Shown: positions 46,431-55,675 of the stretch, one piece after another | How the letters are laid out: each line of letters starts with the position of its first letter | Numbering within the stretch: the stretch's first letter is position 1 | Assembly (NCBI GenBank): GCA_964553765.1 | Contig: CAZKLN010000002.1 | Span: 21,890 to 85,889 of the forward strand | Source of the DNA: an uncultured Thermofilaceae archaeon | GTDB taxonomy: Archaea > Thermoproteota > Thermoprotei > Thermofilales > Thermofilaceae | Length of the DNA stretch: 64,000 nucleotides | Direction: 5' to 3' | Made by a program: the position numbers and the translations under genes | Notes under the pieces: generated by a model | The model's input: only the letters and a program-made list of their open reading frames with translations | Told to the model about the DNA's origin: nothing | Database searches by the model: none

Positions 46431-47481
46431 TGCTCTTTAGGGTGTTAACTAAACTTCTAATATTTATTTCCCCTATCATTTTAGGAACCACTAAGACTGT
46501 TACTATTCCGGTCATTACTCCTTCATAAATTACCGTTATACTTCTAGTAAGTAAGGTTACGCTAAGGGCAGCTTCTTTAGTAGCACCCATAATTATGAAG
46601 AGCGAGGTCATTGCTAAATCTAAAACGCCTGCATTTGCCGGAATTCCTAAAGGTATGTTATCTGCTAATCCATAGATGGGATAAGCTACAGCTAAAGCCC
46701 AGTAACTCATGTCATATCCTACTGCTTTGAAAAAAAGGTAGGGTAAAGCCACACCAAGACCCCATTGAAATAGCATGAAAATGAAACATAGGAAAACTCC
46801 TGCAGATCTTTCCTTTATAAGCTTCATAGATTCCTCATATGCTTGCATGGCTTCAAGTATTCTATCTTTATATTTCTCAAGTTTTACTTTTTCAAATGAT
46901 TTAGCCAGATAGTTAAATATTAATAAACCACTTTTTTTGATCAAATCTTCTTTAAACACGAACAGAAGACCTATTATGAGAGCCATAGTAGCTAATGTCA
47001 GTACGAAAAGTATGTGTTCGGCGAGCTTCGCGTTAAAAAGGGAGCCCCAATACATGAGGAGAAACGTGCCTGCACTAATGTAGGTTATAAATGCTACCGT
47101 ACTTAATAGTCTGTGCATCACTGCAATAGCTATGGCTTTACTATAATCTATGTTATAGTTTTTCTTAAGTAGATATATTCTAGTCGCCTCACCTGTTATA
47201 AAAGCAGCCGGAACAAGCATGTCTCCAAACCATCCTATCATAACTATTTTTATAGAGTCCCAAAGCTTAATGGGGTATACAGTTCTAACCAAGAAAAACC
47301 AGGAAATAGCATAAAAGAGTATATATCCCGTATCTAAAGTAATAGCTAGCACGTAGAATTTAGGATCTATCGAGTAAAGGAGTATAAAAAGTTTTTGTGG
47401 ATTTATTCCTAAAATAGAGATATAAATGAGAAAAACCAATAGAGAAAGTAAAGTTATCATCAATGTAGTTTTCTGTTTCAT
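46411..47481 (-). CDS. UPF0104 / LPG-synthase-TM (MprF flippase-domain-like) membrane protein
   Basis: About 8 TM helices. The overall pattern (charged loop KERSAGVF mid-protein, G/A-rich helices) resembles flippase-like UPF0104 proteins. Confidence 0.5.
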   Translation of the reverse strand: MKQKTTLMITLLSLLVFLIYISILGINPQKLFILLYSIDPKFYVLAITLDTGYILFYAISWFFLVRTVYPIKLWDSIKIVMIGWFGDMLVPAAFITGEATRIYLLKKNYNIDYSKAIAIAVMHRLLSTVAFITYISAGTFLLMYWGSLFNAKLAEHILFVLTLATMALIIGLLFVFKEDLIKKSGLLIFNYLAKSFEKVKLEKYKDRILEAMQAYEESMKLIKERSAGVFLCFIFMLFQWGLGVALPYLFFKAVGYDMSYWALAVAYPIYGLADNIPLGIPANAGVLDLAMTSLFIIMGATKEAALSVTLLTRSITVIYEGVMTGIVTVLVVPKMIGEINIRSLVNTLKSISKQVT

Positions 47482-47702
47482 GAAGGTCCCAGGTTTCTTT
47501 AAAAATAGAGAAATATTTTGACTTAAATAAGCACTTCGTTAAGGCGAATCTTAGGGGATGATAGTGTTGGTTTTAAGAAAGGGGATACTCCTTAGGAACC
47601 TATTTGAACCATTAAAGCGAGGACAGTTCAACTAACGTTGATAAACTTATTATATTTGGCTGAGGGTTTCTGCATTTAAGCTTAGAAAGAAAAGGGATTA
47701 TT

Positions 47703-47960
47703 ATGCCTAGAAATAGGGGGGAAATAGCTATAGCTCCTATAGCTAGGATATTGAAACAGGAGGGGGCTGAAAGGGTAAGTGATGAGGCAGCTACATATCT
47801 TAGAAATATATTGGAGGAGATAGCTAGGTATATAGCTAGGGAAGCTGTAAGCCTCACTAAATATTCTAATAGAAAAACTGTTACCAGAAGGGACATAGAA
47901 TATGTTGTTAAAAGAATGTACAGACAAGAGATTACATCATTACTCAGGGAGGGGCTCTAA
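47703..47960 (+). CDS. Archaeal histone (HMf-type histone fold) with short N- and C-terminal extensions
   Basis: EIAIAPIARILKQEGAERVSDEAATYLRNILEEIARYIAREAVSLTKYSNRKTVTRRDIEYVVKR aligns position by position with HMfB-type histones (ELPIAPIGRIIK.AGAERVSDDA...LEE...IA.EA..LA.HAGRKTIK.EDIELAV). Confidence 0.85.
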   Translation: MPRNRGEIAIAPIARILKQEGAERVSDEAATYLRNILEEIARYIAREAVSLTKYSNRKTVTRRDIEYVVKRMYRQEITSLLREGL

Positions 47961-49269
47961 TAGGTATAAGCCAAATATTAAGCTGATATATGTTTACTGT
48001 CAAATTATTTTATTTCTACAATCATTAACATTAATTACTGAAACTTATTCCCAAGTCATGACTTTTTCTGGGTTTGTAAACGAGGGAGATTTTAATGAAC
48101 ATTACATATATGTTAGCAAAGGAGCTAATGTAACATTCTTACTCGAGTGGAGTAAAACAGCTGACTTGGATCTCAGGGTTTATACACCTTCGGGAACCTA
48201 CCTAGTGGGTTGGGAAGGAAAACTATATAGTTGCAACTTCAGTAAAAGTAAAGTAAACAACACTATTATTGCTTATACAGGTTTTTGTTCTAGACCAGAG
48301 AGAATAGTAATAATAAATAGCCCTGAAGAAGGATTGTGGAAATTAGTTGTTTATGCATATAAAGGAAGTTCTAACTATTTACTTAAGGCTTACTTAAGAA
48401 AGAAGATTTATGAAAAGAGGATAAAGACCCTCTGGTCACCATCTCTCTGGGAGGTAATATATGGTAATATAACTGCTTCAGGAAGCGAAGTTATTATAGA
48501 AGGAAAGGGAAAGATATGTTCAATAGAGAGGTACTCCAGTGGCGAATTTAACGTAAAACTTAAGGTTATGAGAGTTAGAGGAGCAGAATATATCCTTTCC
48601 TTAGGTCTTCCTGAAGAGGAACACATTGAGATAGCTAGAATAGTTCCATACGACGATACACTTAAGGTAACTGTAGGCATATATAAAGAGGGAGAGGAAA
48701 AATGGTCTTACTCATTTTATATAGATAATCCTGAGGTATTTCATACATATAAAGCTTTGTGGAATGAACGCGGGTTTAAAGTGTATGTAGATAATAACCT
48801 TTCCATATCGTATTTCAGTAAAAGATTACTTTCTGATATAAATGATGTTAGAATATGTATAATGGCTAACTTAGGAAAAGTTATAGTTAAAGAAGTAAAC
48901 ACTTTATCCTATTCAAAGGGAATTATCGAAGAAAGAGGAATTATCAGAAATGACGAAGAAAAAGAGTTTACCATAGATGTAGGAGCTGACGTTAGAACTC
49001 TAAAAGTACATCTTAATTGGGAAAATAGAGGTAACGATTTAGATCTTTACTTAGTTACCCCCACTGGAGACAGGATAGGATGGGGAGGTGTGTTTTCGAG
49101 AGGGGGAGAGGGGTTTTTTAAAGGTATGAGAATAAAGTATACTAGTTTCCTTTCAAAACCAGAATACATAGAGGTAAATAAGCCTATAAAGGGAAGGTGG
49201 AAGGTGGTGATAAGTGGTAAAGACATTAAAGTGCTTGAGGTTTATAGGCTTGTTATCAAGAGAAGGTAA
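47902..49269 (+). CDS. Secreted protein: PPC-like domain, ConA-like/GH16-like domain, PPC-like domain; start uncertain
   Basis: ADLDLRVYTPSGTY and GNDLDLYLVTPTGDRIGWGG are pre-peptidase C-terminal-domain-like. The central FHTYKALWNERGFKVYVDNNL resembles the GH16/ConA-like signature. The hydrophobic h-region is LIYVYCQIILFLQSLTLI. Confidence 0.55.
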   Translation: MLLKECTDKRLHHYSGRGSNRYKPNIKLIYVYCQIILFLQSLTLITETYSQVMTFSGFVNEGDFNEHYIYVSKGANVTFLLEWSKTADLDLRVYTPSGTYLVGWEGKLYSCNFSKSKVNNTIIAYTGFCSRPERIVIINSPEEGLWKLVVYAYKGSSNYLLKAYLRKKIYEKRIKTLWSPSLWEVIYGNITASGSEVIIEGKGKICSIERYSSGEFNVKLKVMRVRGAEYILSLGLPEEEHIEIARIVPYDDTLKVTVGIYKEGEEKWSYSFYIDNPEVFHTYKALWNERGFKVYVDNNLSISYFSKRLLSDINDVRICIMANLGKVIVKEVNTLSYSKGIIEERGIIRNDEEKEFTIDVGADVRTLKVHLNWENRGNDLDLYLVTPTGDRIGWGGVFSRGGEGFFKGMRIKYTSFLSKPEYIEVNKPIKGRWKVVISGKDIKVLEVYRLVIKRR

Positions 49270-49669
49270 AAATGGAAAGGAACTGAAGGAACTTAGGGAG
49301 ATTAAAAAAAGACTTAAACTTGCCTATGCAAAGCTTTCAATGGCCCAAAGCTTTGTATCTAACAGAGACGTGAGACGAAATTTGATAGCTTCGGCTATAT
49401 TAACTGGGTCTATAGCCGTAATGCCCGATTTCATGCATTCCCTTTACCTTAAAAGCTCTATGTCTGAGATACGGAAAGCGTTAAAGAGGTTAAAAAAGAT
49501 CATTAAAAAGGAGAAAAGAGACGATAGAAGGTTAATGTTAGAAAGACTTACGTACGTACTTTCTAGGATTGAAAAAGCTGAGGTAAAGGATATATATAAG
49601 GTAATCCTGGAAGCCCAGGATATTATAGATTCTATTATCATCTCATACTCAGGTGAATATAGTGTATGA
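49214..49669 (+). CDS. Hypothetical helical protein; start uncertain (GTG 49214 overlaps the upstream gene by 56 nt)
   Basis: Lys/Arg/Glu-rich helical sequence. No family recognised. Confidence 0.35.
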   Translation: MVKTLKCLRFIGLLSREGKNGKELKELREIKKRLKLAYAKLSMAQSFVSNRDVRRNLIASAILTGSIAVMPDFMHSLYLKSSMSEIRKALKRLKKIIKKEKRDDRRLMLERLTYVLSRIEKAEVKDIYKVILEAQDIIDSIIISYSGEYSV

Positions 49670-50660
49670 CGTAATAGTAGTAGGGGCTGGGATAGCAGGT
49701 TTAACGGCAGCTTTATACTCCGTAAGACAGGGGTTGAAAACCCTGATAATAAGCATGGATATAGGAGGTCAGTTATTATTAACTCCTGAGGTCCAAAACT
49801 ACCCTGGTTTTACAAGTATAAGTGGTTATGAACTTATAAGTAGAATCGAGAAACAAGTTAAAATGTACAAACCAGAGATAAAGTTTGAGAAAGTCATAAA
49901 TATAAGAGAAAATAAAGGAAGATACTCAGTAATAACCTCTAGTAATAATGAGTATGAGACTTTAGCGATCATACTTGCTTTTGGAAAAACTCCAAGAAAA
50001 ATGGGGATACCTGGTGAAGAGGAATTAAGTGGAAAAGGAGTATCTTATTGTGTGATTTGTGATGCACCTTTGTTTAAAGAAAAAGTTGTAGCGCTTGTAG
50101 GTATGGGTTATCATGGAGCTGAGTCTGTTTCTATTCTTAAAAATTACGCATCGAAAATCTATTGGATAGTACCTAGTGCTAAAGTAGGAGTTGATAGTGA
50201 GCTATTAGAAGAGGTTATTTTTGGAAATAAGGTAGAATTACTGGTAAATCATCAGCCTTATGAGGTTAAAGGTAAGAATATCGTGGAGAAATTCTTAGTA
50301 AAAAATAGGGAAAGTAACAAGATAAAGGAGCTTGACGTTAATGGAGTGTTTGTTGAACTAGGGTACGTGACACAAACGGATTTTCTTAAAGGGATTGTAA
50401 AACTTAATGAAAAAGGAGAGATAATTGTAGATAACTTTTGTAAAACAAGTAAACCAGGAATCTTTGCAGCAGGTGATGTGACGAACATTCCATACAAGCA
50501 AGCAGTTATCTCAGCAGGTATGGGTGCCACAGCAGCTTTATCAGCATATAATTTCATATTAAGTCTTAGAGGAAAAAGAGTCGGTATCGCTTATGATTGG
50601 AAACATTTAAAGATATCCGATAAGAAGGAAGATAAAGGTTCTCTCTTTCTTAGAATCTAA
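49653..50660 (+). CDS. trxB: Thioredoxin reductase-like FAD-dependent pyridine nucleotide-disulfide oxidoreductase
   Basis: YDVIVVGAGIAGLTAALY, redox CVICDAPLF, second Rossmann VALVGMGYHGAE and AAGDVTN. Confidence 0.85.
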   Translation: MNIVYDVIVVGAGIAGLTAALYSVRQGLKTLIISMDIGGQLLLTPEVQNYPGFTSISGYELISRIEKQVKMYKPEIKFEKVINIRENKGRYSVITSSNNEYETLAIILAFGKTPRKMGIPGEEELSGKGVSYCVICDAPLFKEKVVALVGMGYHGAESVSILKNYASKIYWIVPSAKVGVDSELLEEVIFGNKVELLVNHQPYEVKGKNIVEKFLVKNRESNKIKELDVNGVFVELGYVTQTDFLKGIVKLNEKGEIIVDNFCKTSKPGIFAAGDVTNIPYKQAVISAGMGATAALSAYNFILSLRGKRVGIAYDWKHLKISDKKEDKGSLFLRI

Positions 50661-50672
50661 CAAAAGACCGGC

Positions 50673-51467
50673 ATGTTAAGTATAGTTATACCTGTCCATA
50701 ATGAACAGAGGTATCTTCCCTACTTTATATGGGGACTTAAAAAAGCTCTCTTAACAATAGATGAGGAATATGAAGCAGTATTTTCCTTAGATAGATGTAA
50801 AGATAGAAGTAAAGAGATAATAACCAAGTACATGCCCCAGGCTAAGATCCTGATAAAAGGACAGGTGAAATGGAAGAATCCTTGCGCTGAAAACTTTGAC
50901 TATGCTATTAGAAATTCAAAAGGAGACGTAATTTATGTGTTTGCAGCCGATTTAATAGTAGATCCTAAAGTATTTAAGTACTTTAGATTATTAAGAAAGG
51001 ATAAGAAAGTAGGAGTTCTCTCATTTAACTATGTTAACTATGATCCTTTTAGAGGGTTCCTTTGGAGAGTAAGGGAGACATACTATAATCTCCTTAAAAG
51101 AATATTAAATAAAATTTCACCGTATAGACTTCATTATCATTCAGGTATCTATGCTATAAGGAGAGATGTATACTTAAACATAGGTGGTTTAAGAGATGTA
51201 CCAAGCGAATATGACGATCTGCTATATAGAATTAAGAAACATGGATATAGACATATTTACGTAAGAGATACAAAAATAGTTCATTTAAGACCTGGATTTA
51301 GCGATACAAGACAGAGACTTCAAGGTATATCTAGAGCTCAATTAGGTTACCCTTTATGGAAGGTAATAGCACATGCGTTATTGTATATGAAAATGACGTT
51401 ATTAAGAGCCTATATCCAAGAAAGAAAGTATAAAATATATGAGAAAAGGTCTATCTGGAGAAAATAG
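50673..51467 (+). CDS. Glycosyltransferase family 2
   Basis: LSIVIPVHNEQRYL, ...VFAADLIVDP and a GT-A-like layout. Confidence 0.7.
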   Translation: MLSIVIPVHNEQRYLPYFIWGLKKALLTIDEEYEAVFSLDRCKDRSKEIITKYMPQAKILIKGQVKWKNPCAENFDYAIRNSKGDVIYVFAADLIVDPKVFKYFRLLRKDKKVGVLSFNYVNYDPFRGFLWRVRETYYNLLKRILNKISPYRLHYHSGIYAIRRDVYLNIGGLRDVPSEYDDLLYRIKKHGYRHIYVRDTKIVHLRPGFSDTRQRLQGISRAQLGYPLWKVIAHALLYMKMTLLRAYIQERKYKIYEKRSIWRK

Positions 51468-51470
51468 ATT

Positions 51471-52565
51471 TTAACGTTTAAAGTACAATGCTTTTTCATT
51501 TTTAGGATTAAAGATATATATTAAATTTTCTCTAGGTTGCCAGTAAATCTTATCTTTTTTCCTAAAATCTATCTCTGAGGGTGCTTGAAGTACCACTTCT
51601 AAATCATCGCATTTCACATGAACATAATTTTCAGTGCCTAATTTCTCAACTCCGATGATGTGCGATTCTATAGATCCTTTAAAAGGATGATCTGCGACTT
51701 CGACATGTTGAGGCCTGAAGCCTATGACTAATTCTTCGCCCATTTTAACTAGTTTTTCATAGCTTAGAGGTATAGATAGTTTAACTTCTCCATGTATGAG
51801 GGATAGACGGTTTCCCTCTTTTCTTACGATACCTTTTACGAAGTTCATGGGTGGGCTTCCTACAAAACCTGCTACAAACATATTGCTAGGTTTATAAAAT
51901 ATATCCTCTGGAGTACCTACTTGGTATATCTTCCCCCTATTCATAACGGCTATCCTGTCCGCCATCGTCATGGCCTCCACCTGATCGTGAGTAACGTATA
52001 TAGTCGTTATACCTAATTCAGAGCTAAGCAGGCGTTTAAGTTCGAATCTCATTTTGACTCTTAGCTTAGCGTCAAGATTGCTTAAAGGTTCATCTAAGAG
52101 AAATACCTCAGGTTCTCTAACTATCGCTCTGGCTAAAGCTACTCTTTGTTGCTGACCACCACTTAATTGAGAGGGCTTTCGATCGAGAAGCTCTTCTATC
52201 CCAAGAAAGCGAGCAACCTCCCTTACCTTCCTTATTCTCTCATTTTTGGGAACACCCTGCATCCTGAGGGGGAACTCTATATTACCATAAACACTCATAT
52301 GGGGATAAAGCGCATAGCTTTGGAAGACCATTGCTATATTTCTTTTAGTTGGATCTACCTCATTTACCATCCTATCTCCTATCCATATTTCTCCTTCATC
52401 AGGTCTCTCAAGACCAGCTATAAGTCTTAATGTAGTGGACTTACCACAGCCGCTAGGACCTAATAGAACAAGAAATTCTCCATCTTTGATCTCTAGATTA
52501 ATTTTATCTACAGCAATGACTTTACCAAATCTTTTTGTTAAATTTTTAAGTAAAACACGTGCCAT
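51471..52565 (-). CDS. Sugar ABC transporter ATP-binding protein (MalK/UgpC type)
   Basis: GPSGCGKST, LSGGQQQRVALARA, LLDEPLSNLD and a C-terminal MalK-like regulatory domain. Confidence 0.95.
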   Translation of the reverse strand: MARVLLKNLTKRFGKVIAVDKINLEIKDGEFLVLLGPSGCGKSTTLRLIAGLERPDEGEIWIGDRMVNEVDPTKRNIAMVFQSYALYPHMSVYGNIEFPLRMQGVPKNERIRKVREVARFLGIEELLDRKPSQLSGGQQQRVALARAIVREPEVFLLDEPLSNLDAKLRVKMRFELKRLLSSELGITTIYVTHDQVEAMTMADRIAVMNRGKIYQVGTPEDIFYKPSNMFVAGFVGSPPMNFVKGIVRKEGNRLSLIHGEVKLSIPLSYEKLVKMGEELVIGFRPQHVEVADHPFKGSIESHIIGVEKLGTENYVHVKCDDLEVVLQAPSEIDFRKKDKIYWQPRENLIYIFNPKNEKALYFKR

Positions 52566-52569
52566 ATTA

Positions 52570-53406
52570 TCATCCTTTACCTCCTGTAATTACTATACCT
52601 CTTATTAGATATTTATTTAAAGTAACAAAAAGAATTAACGTCGGCATTGCGGCTAATACTGAGCCAGCTATTATAGGTGTATATTCTACCCACATAGATC
52701 GTTGAAATGCAAAACTAAGTCCTACAGGTAAAGTGAAATTCTCCGGTGTCCTAAGGAAGACCAAGGGTCCAAGAAAGGCGTTCCACGCACCGAGAAATTG
52801 GTACACAGCCACGGCACCTATAGCTGGTTTACCTAAAGGAAAGGCTATATAAAAGAATGCTTTTACAGGACCACAACCATCTAACCTAGCTGCCTCGAAT
52901 AGATCGGAGGGAAATGATGCATAGTACTGTCTCATAAGGAAGATACTTGATACATCAGCTATACTTAATAAGGCTAGGCCAAGGATGTTATCAACGAGTC
53001 CTAATTTATAAATTATTATATAATTGGGTACAAGTGTAACAAAACCAGGTATCATAAGAAGAGCTAGTAAAACTGAGAAAAGCGCATCACGTCCGGGAAA
53101 TCTAAGCCTGGCAAACGCATAACCGGCCATAGAGGTTAAAATAACATTTCCGAAAACTATTATCCCAGTGTAAAGAGCGGAGTTTAATATCCAACGTGGA
53201 AAAAGTTCGAGCCTAAATAACTTCTCGTAGTTCTCCAATGTAAATGGATTAGGGAAAAACTCCGGAGGAAAACGAGAGGCTTGCTCCCATGTCATGAATG
53301 AGGCCGTAATAGATCGTATAAAGGGTATGAGATAAACTAGTGCGAAACCTGTTAGAACAATGTAAGTAACTATAAACCAGGATAACTTAACAATATCATT
53401 TTTCAT
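52570..53406 (-). CDS. Sugar ABC transporter permease (MalG-like)
   Basis: EAA loop EAARLDGCGPVKAFFYIAFPL and 6 TM helices. Confidence 0.9.
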   Translation of the reverse strand: MKNDIVKLSWFIVTYIVLTGFALVYLIPFIRSITASFMTWEQASRFPPEFFPNPFTLENYEKLFRLELFPRWILNSALYTGIIVFGNVILTSMAGYAFARLRFPGRDALFSVLLALLMIPGFVTLVPNYIIIYKLGLVDNILGLALLSIADVSSIFLMRQYYASFPSDLFEAARLDGCGPVKAFFYIAFPLGKPAIGAVAVYQFLGAWNAFLGPLVFLRTPENFTLPVGLSFAFQRSMWVEYTPIIAGSVLAAMPTLILFVTLNKYLIRGIVITGGKG

Positions 53407-54362
53407 CTTATCACCTTACCATATCTTTTTTGAAAAAGGTATGTGGTAATGAATATTATAGTAAACAAAAAGAGGCTTTTAGCAGCAGCAACACCTGGTC
53501 TTAACCTTGTAAATGCTTCGTTATATATATCTAATGCTATAGTGTAACCTGATCCTCCGGGACCACCCGACGACCCCGCCATGACCCATGCTAAATCAAA
53601 CATTTGAAGAGCTCCAATAACACCCATTACTACTACGTAAACTATCATAGGCCTTAATAGAGGAATAGTAATGAAAATAAACCTCCTTATAGGTCCAGCT
53701 CCGTCAAGCATAGCCGCTTCATACAGGTCACGAGGTATAGCTTGTAATGCCGCTAAAAAAGAGACCGTAAAGTGCCCACTTGTTCCCCAGATAGCTACGA
53801 TAGCTATTGCCGGTAATAAGTAATTTCTATCATTTAACCAATCAGGAGCAAAACCAGGAGCGAAGAATTGAATCATATAGTTTATAAAACCTTTTTTCAT
53901 GAAAAGCCAAATAAATATCAAAGATATTATAACCGGGCATGTTGTCCCAGGAAGAAAATATGCTAATTTATAAAATTGCGCTCCTCTTATCCTTTGATTG
54001 GCTAAAGCTGCTAGTATAAGAGCTAAAAAGGTTTGAGCGGGAACAACCATCAATGTGTAAATTATGATGTTCTTAAAACCTGTGAAAAAAGGAGTTAATA
54101 AGTAGGGAGCTCCAATGATACCTCTATATAAGTCCCTTAACACTATTTCATAATTTTTAAAACCAACGAACTCCATGGGACCTATATAATCCCATTTCAT
54201 AAAGCTAAGATATACAGCAAAAATTGCGGAGAAATATCCAAAGACTAGATTAAAAAAAGCTGCTCCTAGGATGAGAAGCATACCTCCTATAAATTCTTTA
54301 GTTTGGGCTTTATCATAATAACTATGTAAAAAAATAAAAAATTTTTTCATTTTTAACACCAA
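53403..54362 (-). CDS. Sugar ABC transporter permease (MalF-like)
   Basis: EAA loop EAAMLDGAGPIRRFIFITIPLL and 6 TM helices. Confidence 0.9.
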   Translation of the reverse strand: MVLKMKKFFIFLHSYYDKAQTKEFIGGMLLILGAAFFNLVFGYFSAIFAVYLSFMKWDYIGPMEFVGFKNYEIVLRDLYRGIIGAPYLLTPFFTGFKNIIIYTLMVVPAQTFLALILAALANQRIRGAQFYKLAYFLPGTTCPVIISLIFIWLFMKKGFINYMIQFFAPGFAPDWLNDRNYLLPAIAIVAIWGTSGHFTVSFLAALQAIPRDLYEAAMLDGAGPIRRFIFITIPLLRPMIVYVVVMGVIGALQMFDLAWVMAGSSGGPGGSGYTIALDIYNEAFTRLRPGVAAAKSLFLFTIIFITTYLFQKRYGKVIR

Positions 54363-54374
54363 GTATGAAAAATT

Positions 54375-55670
54375 TTACTCTCCGTAAACTTCAGCAACGA
54401 TGAGTTTCATAGTTTCTAATGCTTCATCAATGGATATTTCTCCTCTCATAGCGGCTGCCATAGTGTCACTAAACCTAGACTCTAATTCACCAGATTTAGG
54501 TCCCCATAAGAAGACTATCATCTGATCATATTTAAATGAAAGTGTTTTAGCGTGTTGAGGCCAGAGATCTGGGTGTTTTTCAAAACCCTTTATTGAGGGA
54601 AGAGTATGGCCCAGTTTTACTACAAGGAACTCCTGTCCTTCCTTCCCTAGTAGATACTCAATAAATTTCCATGCAGCTTCAGGATGTTCAGTCCTTGAGT
54701 TAATACCAAGTATAACAGTGTAAGCTATAGTGGCTCTACTAACGTCTCCTCTAGGAACAGGAGCTATATCCCAGTCTTTACCAAATTTGAAATCAGGGAA
54801 CTGGTCTGCAAGGAAAGGTATCATCCAATTACCGCTAATTACCATGGCTACTTCCTGTTTTCCGAATGCATCACCGAGCCAACCAGCTCCTACGTCTGCA
54901 GGAGATACTACATAAGGTTTAAGACCCTCTTCCTCTCTTTTTACCTTTCCTTTTAAATAGAGATTTATATACCATTCTAATGTCTCCCTAACCTTAGGAT
55001 TATCAAACCATACACCATCTTCAGGTTTCTCAAACCAAGGTTTAGGAGCGCCATTACTAAGAGCAACTGGCATATACCTATTAAAACCTCCTAGGTATAT
55101 TGCAAGACCTGGCTTTCCTGTTTTCTCAGTGATCTGCTTAGCGAATTCCTCCAACTCTTCCCATGTATCTGGAGGTCTAGAAAGGCCTGCCCGAGCAAAT
55201 AGATTCTTGTTCCAGAATAACGCTAACATGCTCCAATCTTTAGGAAGACCGTAAAGCTTACCATCCTTACCTTTAAATGGTTCTAGGAGAAACTCGTAAA
55301 ATTGTTCTATAAATTCAGAGGATGCTATTTCTGAAACGGGATATAAAGCTCCTTTCTCTATAAATATAGGTGCCCAACTACTATCTACGTAAAAAACATC
55401 AGGAGCTACCCCTGCTCCAAAAGAGGCTAGTATATTCTCGTGAAACATTTGAGTAATAACTTCATATTTAACAGCTATATCGGGATTCTTCTCCATGAAT
55501 TTCTCGATCATGATTTTATAGTTCTTAACTTCAGTGGGTCCTGCACTCCATCCAGCGAAACGTATGAAAATTCTTTGAGCAGAAACGTATGGCGATATTG
55601 AGAGAATAAGTGTGCTTAGTAGCATGAAAGTTAATACCAGTAGCTTTTTAGGCATTTTCAACCCCTTCAC
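54375..55670 (-). CDS. Extracellular solute-binding protein, family 1 (sugar binding)
   Basis: Signal peptide, then FAGWSAGPTE...FYVDSSW...LPKDWS, typical of CUT1 binding proteins. Confidence 0.85.
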   Translation of the reverse strand: MKGLKMPKKLLVLTFMLLSTLILSISPYVSAQRIFIRFAGWSAGPTEVKNYKIMIEKFMEKNPDIAVKYEVITQMFHENILASFGAGVAPDVFYVDSSWAPIFIEKGALYPVSEIASSEFIEQFYEFLLEPFKGKDGKLYGLPKDWSMLALFWNKNLFARAGLSRPPDTWEELEEFAKQITEKTGKPGLAIYLGGFNRYMPVALSNGAPKPWFEKPEDGVWFDNPKVRETLEWYINLYLKGKVKREEEGLKPYVVSPADVGAGWLGDAFGKQEVAMVISGNWMIPFLADQFPDFKFGKDWDIAPVPRGDVSRATIAYTVILGINSRTEHPEAAWKFIEYLLGKEGQEFLVVKLGHTLPSIKGFEKHPDLWPQHAKTLSFKYDQMIVFLWGPKSGELESRFSDTMAAAMRGEISIDEALETMKLIVAEVYGE

Positions 55671-55675
55671 CAGAA

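Noticed and set aside
47482-47702. 221-bp intergenic region upstream of the histone gene, checked for an ncRNA or small ORF (MIVLVLRKGILLRNLFEPLKRGQFN; repeated AGGGGAT)
   Set aside because: No box motifs, no convincing stem-loops, GC content not elevated, and the 25-codon ORF has no SD or recognisable family. It most likely holds the two promoters plus a 5' UTR.
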